From: Amphiscolops sp. MND2022 | Taxonomy: Eukaryota | Assembly (NCBI GenBank): GCA_964187785.1 | Contig: OZ076409.1 | Span: forward strand, 88,042,001 to 88,106,000 | Length of the DNA stretch: 64,000 nucleotides | Reading direction: 5' to 3' | In this document: piece by piece, positions 62,301-64,000 of the stretch | Position numbering within the stretch: position 1 is the stretch's first letter | How the letters are laid out: every line of letters begins with the position of its first letter | Position numbers and translations under genes: made by a program | Notes under the pieces: model-generated | The model's input: the letters and a program-made list of their open reading frames with translations, nothing else | What the model was told of the DNA's origin: nothing | Databases searched by the model: none

Positions 62301-64000
62301 TTTTGCGTTCCGTGTTTTGATTGGTTAAAATGGTTGCTAAGGCAACCGTATTTGGTTATGAATTTGTAGTGCGGGATGACGTTATTGATTACGTATTCTT
62401 CGTCGTATACGTCATCGGTTTGTGGAGGTGCCGACGGGTTACGACTGAGATAATCCGTGAGTGCTAAATGTTTGCCGGCTATATGGCTGACGTTGATTGT
62501 GAAGTGCGCTAAGCGGTCGAGCCACCTCGTTAGCCGCGCGCTGTACGTTTTATTGGATCGGTTGCGTTTAATTAATGGCTCTAATGCTTGGTGGTCTGTC
62601 AATAGCTTTATCGGTTTACCGTATATATAAAGACGGAAGTGTTCTAATCCCCATACGACTGCCAATAATTCCAATTCATTGATTGCGTATTTCTTTTCTG
62701 TATCGGAAAGGAAGCGACTGGCAAATCCGATCGGTTTTAAATCTCCGTTTGGCTGTTCTTGCCACAGCGTTGCGCCCAATCCTTTTGTGCTGGCGTCCGT
62801 TGTTAATATATTCGGACGGTTTGAATTGTAGTGAGCCAGACACGGTATTTCCGTGATTTTTTGTTTTAAGTTTTCAAACGCTGTGGTATGTTCATCGGTC
62901 CAATTCCAAGTGTTATCTTTTTTTAGTAGCTGTCTTAAGATGTCGGTTTGTGCTGACAGATTTTCGATGTATTTTGATAAATATTGAATTGCGCCTAGGA
63001 ACGATTTTAGTTCCTTCTCATTTTCGGGTCTTTTCAGTTCTTTTATTGCGGTTAGTTTGTCCTGTAACGGTCTAATACCGTTTTGGTCAATTTTGTGGCC
63101 GATCCATTCTATTTCGGTTTTGAAAAGTTCAGATTTGTTCTCGCTTAGTCTGTAACCCGCGTTTTCTAGTCTCGTTAACACATCGATTAGTTCCTCCATG
63201 TGTTTCTGTTTTGAACCTTTGGTTACTACTATAATGTCATCTAGCCATGCTGGATGTTTGTTTTCCAACGTTTGATCGATTTTCTCTTGGAAAATGGTCG
63301 GTATGTCCGCTAACCCGTAAAATCCTTTCAAAAAACGATAGTAACCGGTAAAATTACCTCCGGTCACCGCGAATATGCAAAGGTCCATTGCTCGTTTCGA
63401 TAATCGTAGTTGACCGTACGCATAATCTAGATCGAACTTCGAGATCCAGATTTCGTCTTCCGGTCCGTCGGCTATTTTTCTGGAGATTCTTGAAATTAGT
63501 TCCTCCATGTTTGGCATTTGTGCTTTCCTTTTTACCGTTATCTCGTTTAGTTTCCGGGAGTCCAGGGCTATTTTTACCGATTTATCTTTTTTGATCGTTA
63601 TTACCGCCGGGCTTACAAAGCATGTTTCGTCAATGTCGTTTGCTTTTTCAATGTGCCCTTGGTTTTTTAATTTTTCTATTTCTTTTTCTACCGCCGGTTG
63701 TAAATGAATCGGGATTGGTCGGCCCTTTTGTTGAATTATTTTCGCTCCTTCTTTTAATTGGATATCTACTTCTATGTTATTTACCGTGTGGTTTTCGTTA
63801 AATAGTTTGTGAAACTTACGTTTTAGTGTTGTTATGTCTCGGTCTTCTGTATTTCCCATCTGGGTTATGTGGTTGATTTCTGTTTTGGGAGTTTCTACCT
63901 CTAGTGTAATTCCCAGTTTTCCCATCCAGTCTAGTCCGAGTAACGGGTGGGTGTTTTTAGTTGTTACCAGTTTTTCCAGTTGGTGTTTTGTACCATTCAA
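59370..64000 (-). mobile_element. Ty3/Gypsy (Mag-like) element, 5' part outside the window, antisense in a formin intron
   Basis: Pol ORF, PPT GGAGGGGGGAG (59580-59590) and a putative 3' LTR 59370-59579 (TGAAG...TACAACA); the left LTR end is uncertain by ~6 bp. Confidence 0.9.
59537..64000 (-). CDS. Pol polyprotein (end of PR, RT, RNase H, integrase), partial
   Basis: Open 1487-aa frame with LLGLDW, WLDD, TDAS, HKGH..CIPC and the LDF/RTD/VER core. Confidence 0.95.
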   Translation of the reverse strand: MNGTKHQLEKLVTTKNTHPLLGLDWMGKLGITLEVETPKTEINHITQMGNTEDRDITTLKRKFHKLFNENHTVNNIEVDIQLKEGAKIIQQKGRPIPIHLQPAVEKEIEKLKNQGHIEKANDIDETCFVSPAVITIKKDKSVKIALDSRKLNEITVKRKAQMPNMEELISRISRKIADGPEDEIWISKFDLDYAYGQLRLSKRAMDLCIFAVTGGNFTGYYRFLKGFYGLADIPTIFQEKIDQTLENKHPAWLDDIIVVTKGSKQKHMEELIDVLTRLENAGYRLSENKSELFKTEIEWIGHKIDQNGIRPLQDKLTAIKELKRPENEKELKSFLGAIQYLSKYIENLSAQTDILRQLLKKDNTWNWTDEHTTAFENLKQKITEIPCLAHYNSNRPNILTTDASTKGLGATLWQEQPNGDLKPIGFASRFLSDTEKKYAINELELLAVVWGLEHFRLYIYGKPIKLLTDHQALEPLIKRNRSNKTYSARLTRWLDRLAHFTINVSHIAGKHLALTDYLSRNPSAPPQTDDVYDEEYVINNVIPHYKFITKYGCLSNHFNQSKHGTQKETTRKANNTPKHSKTREQIAINCLKSSQISSSIQTAPKDKIIMDARTIDNLEQADNSTETRYLIARWRDIVKPGVYRQSGGRWKKYHEPKFLRNERRVIEEQLQQAIRNLESRNQQEPDGGFQPETRRQEQWTVDPFWDIDRPQATANTEDRPGPSQQQPVPMEEGEIDSESDQDPSILEVPAVNWAKYAGVKSVQYIKMGHAPRTTAEEPNNWDLGNAVRESEKNFSTDLQLLMTETTNDPTLLKTLVCLERQQQDNIPEEYQQCRRKLSTRYGLVFYEDRIIVPKNLRTTVISLLHKGHPAINKMSMAARHFWWPKITEAIQKKCDGCIPCKMSGKNIKPNLHNTEKKQLPALNNPNEEIQLDFIGPFTERNQRFFILLSMDRFSKWPAASLCKSTDGETTVKFMEQYINLNGIPKTIRTDKATAFTGHTFREFCKNHHIRLIYGTPYIHTPTGLVERGVRTLKETMLTNIKAGEKFNKALDIALNVMRKTPHTRLGKSAFELHYGREPNTEISNLLNLDKLKTITNNCFSAKPDTLQVYSFNGAGGASDQLPMKQKKGQKGVSTYPFQFLEKRINKPKFESAYSNKLQTAISGTKHTVTTAENRILHRKHISKPIFEFEQEQKNRGMGLRGPDGRFIKSPRLTREAKSDSDSEKSNPTTPQMDTTQITEGTQSRSNPTTPTTKTSGSFGRGRPKLVRNRQSPGSLTGSTDSLGPLTIITENMTDTDIDRIIEDAKQNDTELFIKDLNGKVTPNNNNTVYGGKENKEKNNLETETSDLELISNLSSSTEIEQETKEHNLRRSKRLTKTNPIIRFNNPITSDYRKHRKQTKRPEDTRNRGRHSGKDQQRRILNDTMEEPVQAEQFNRTTDESRATANTPKLLWTENRHKEQTSPIGQLLSNRGGGSEAAAKELELEDKS

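Overview
This is eukaryotic, AT-rich, intron-containing DNA from an animal, most likely an invertebrate. It is repeat-dominated and split by a 200-N scaffold gap at 36359-36558. It holds four Ty3/Gypsy LTR retrotransposons. (1) An intact ~5.2-kb Mag-like element at <1-5196, with LTRs identical over the visible part. (2) A giant 16.4-kb element at 19521-35958 with 726-bp LTRs and an ATTT target duplication. Its ~3200-aa Gag-Pol has a tandem aspartic-protease pair, a dUTPase-like insert and two C-terminal TARG1/OARD1-like macrodomains after integrase, and an orphan 503-aa ORF follows. (3) An internally deleted relic at ~43281-45870. (4) A window-truncated element at 59370->64000. The window also has a decayed LINE nested inside a MITE, several MITE/tRNA-SINE/Helentron-like repeats, a 1.75-kb tandem duplication and a ~181-bp tandem array. 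The only host gene recognised is an INF2-like formin. Its FH3 exons lie on the minus strand left of the gap (10043-10801), while the directly following, phase-compatible exons (end of FH3/DD, then FH2) lie on the plus strand right of the gap (55966-58930). It appears to lack an FH1 polyproline tract. All domain calls come from motif recognition by eye; no searches were run.
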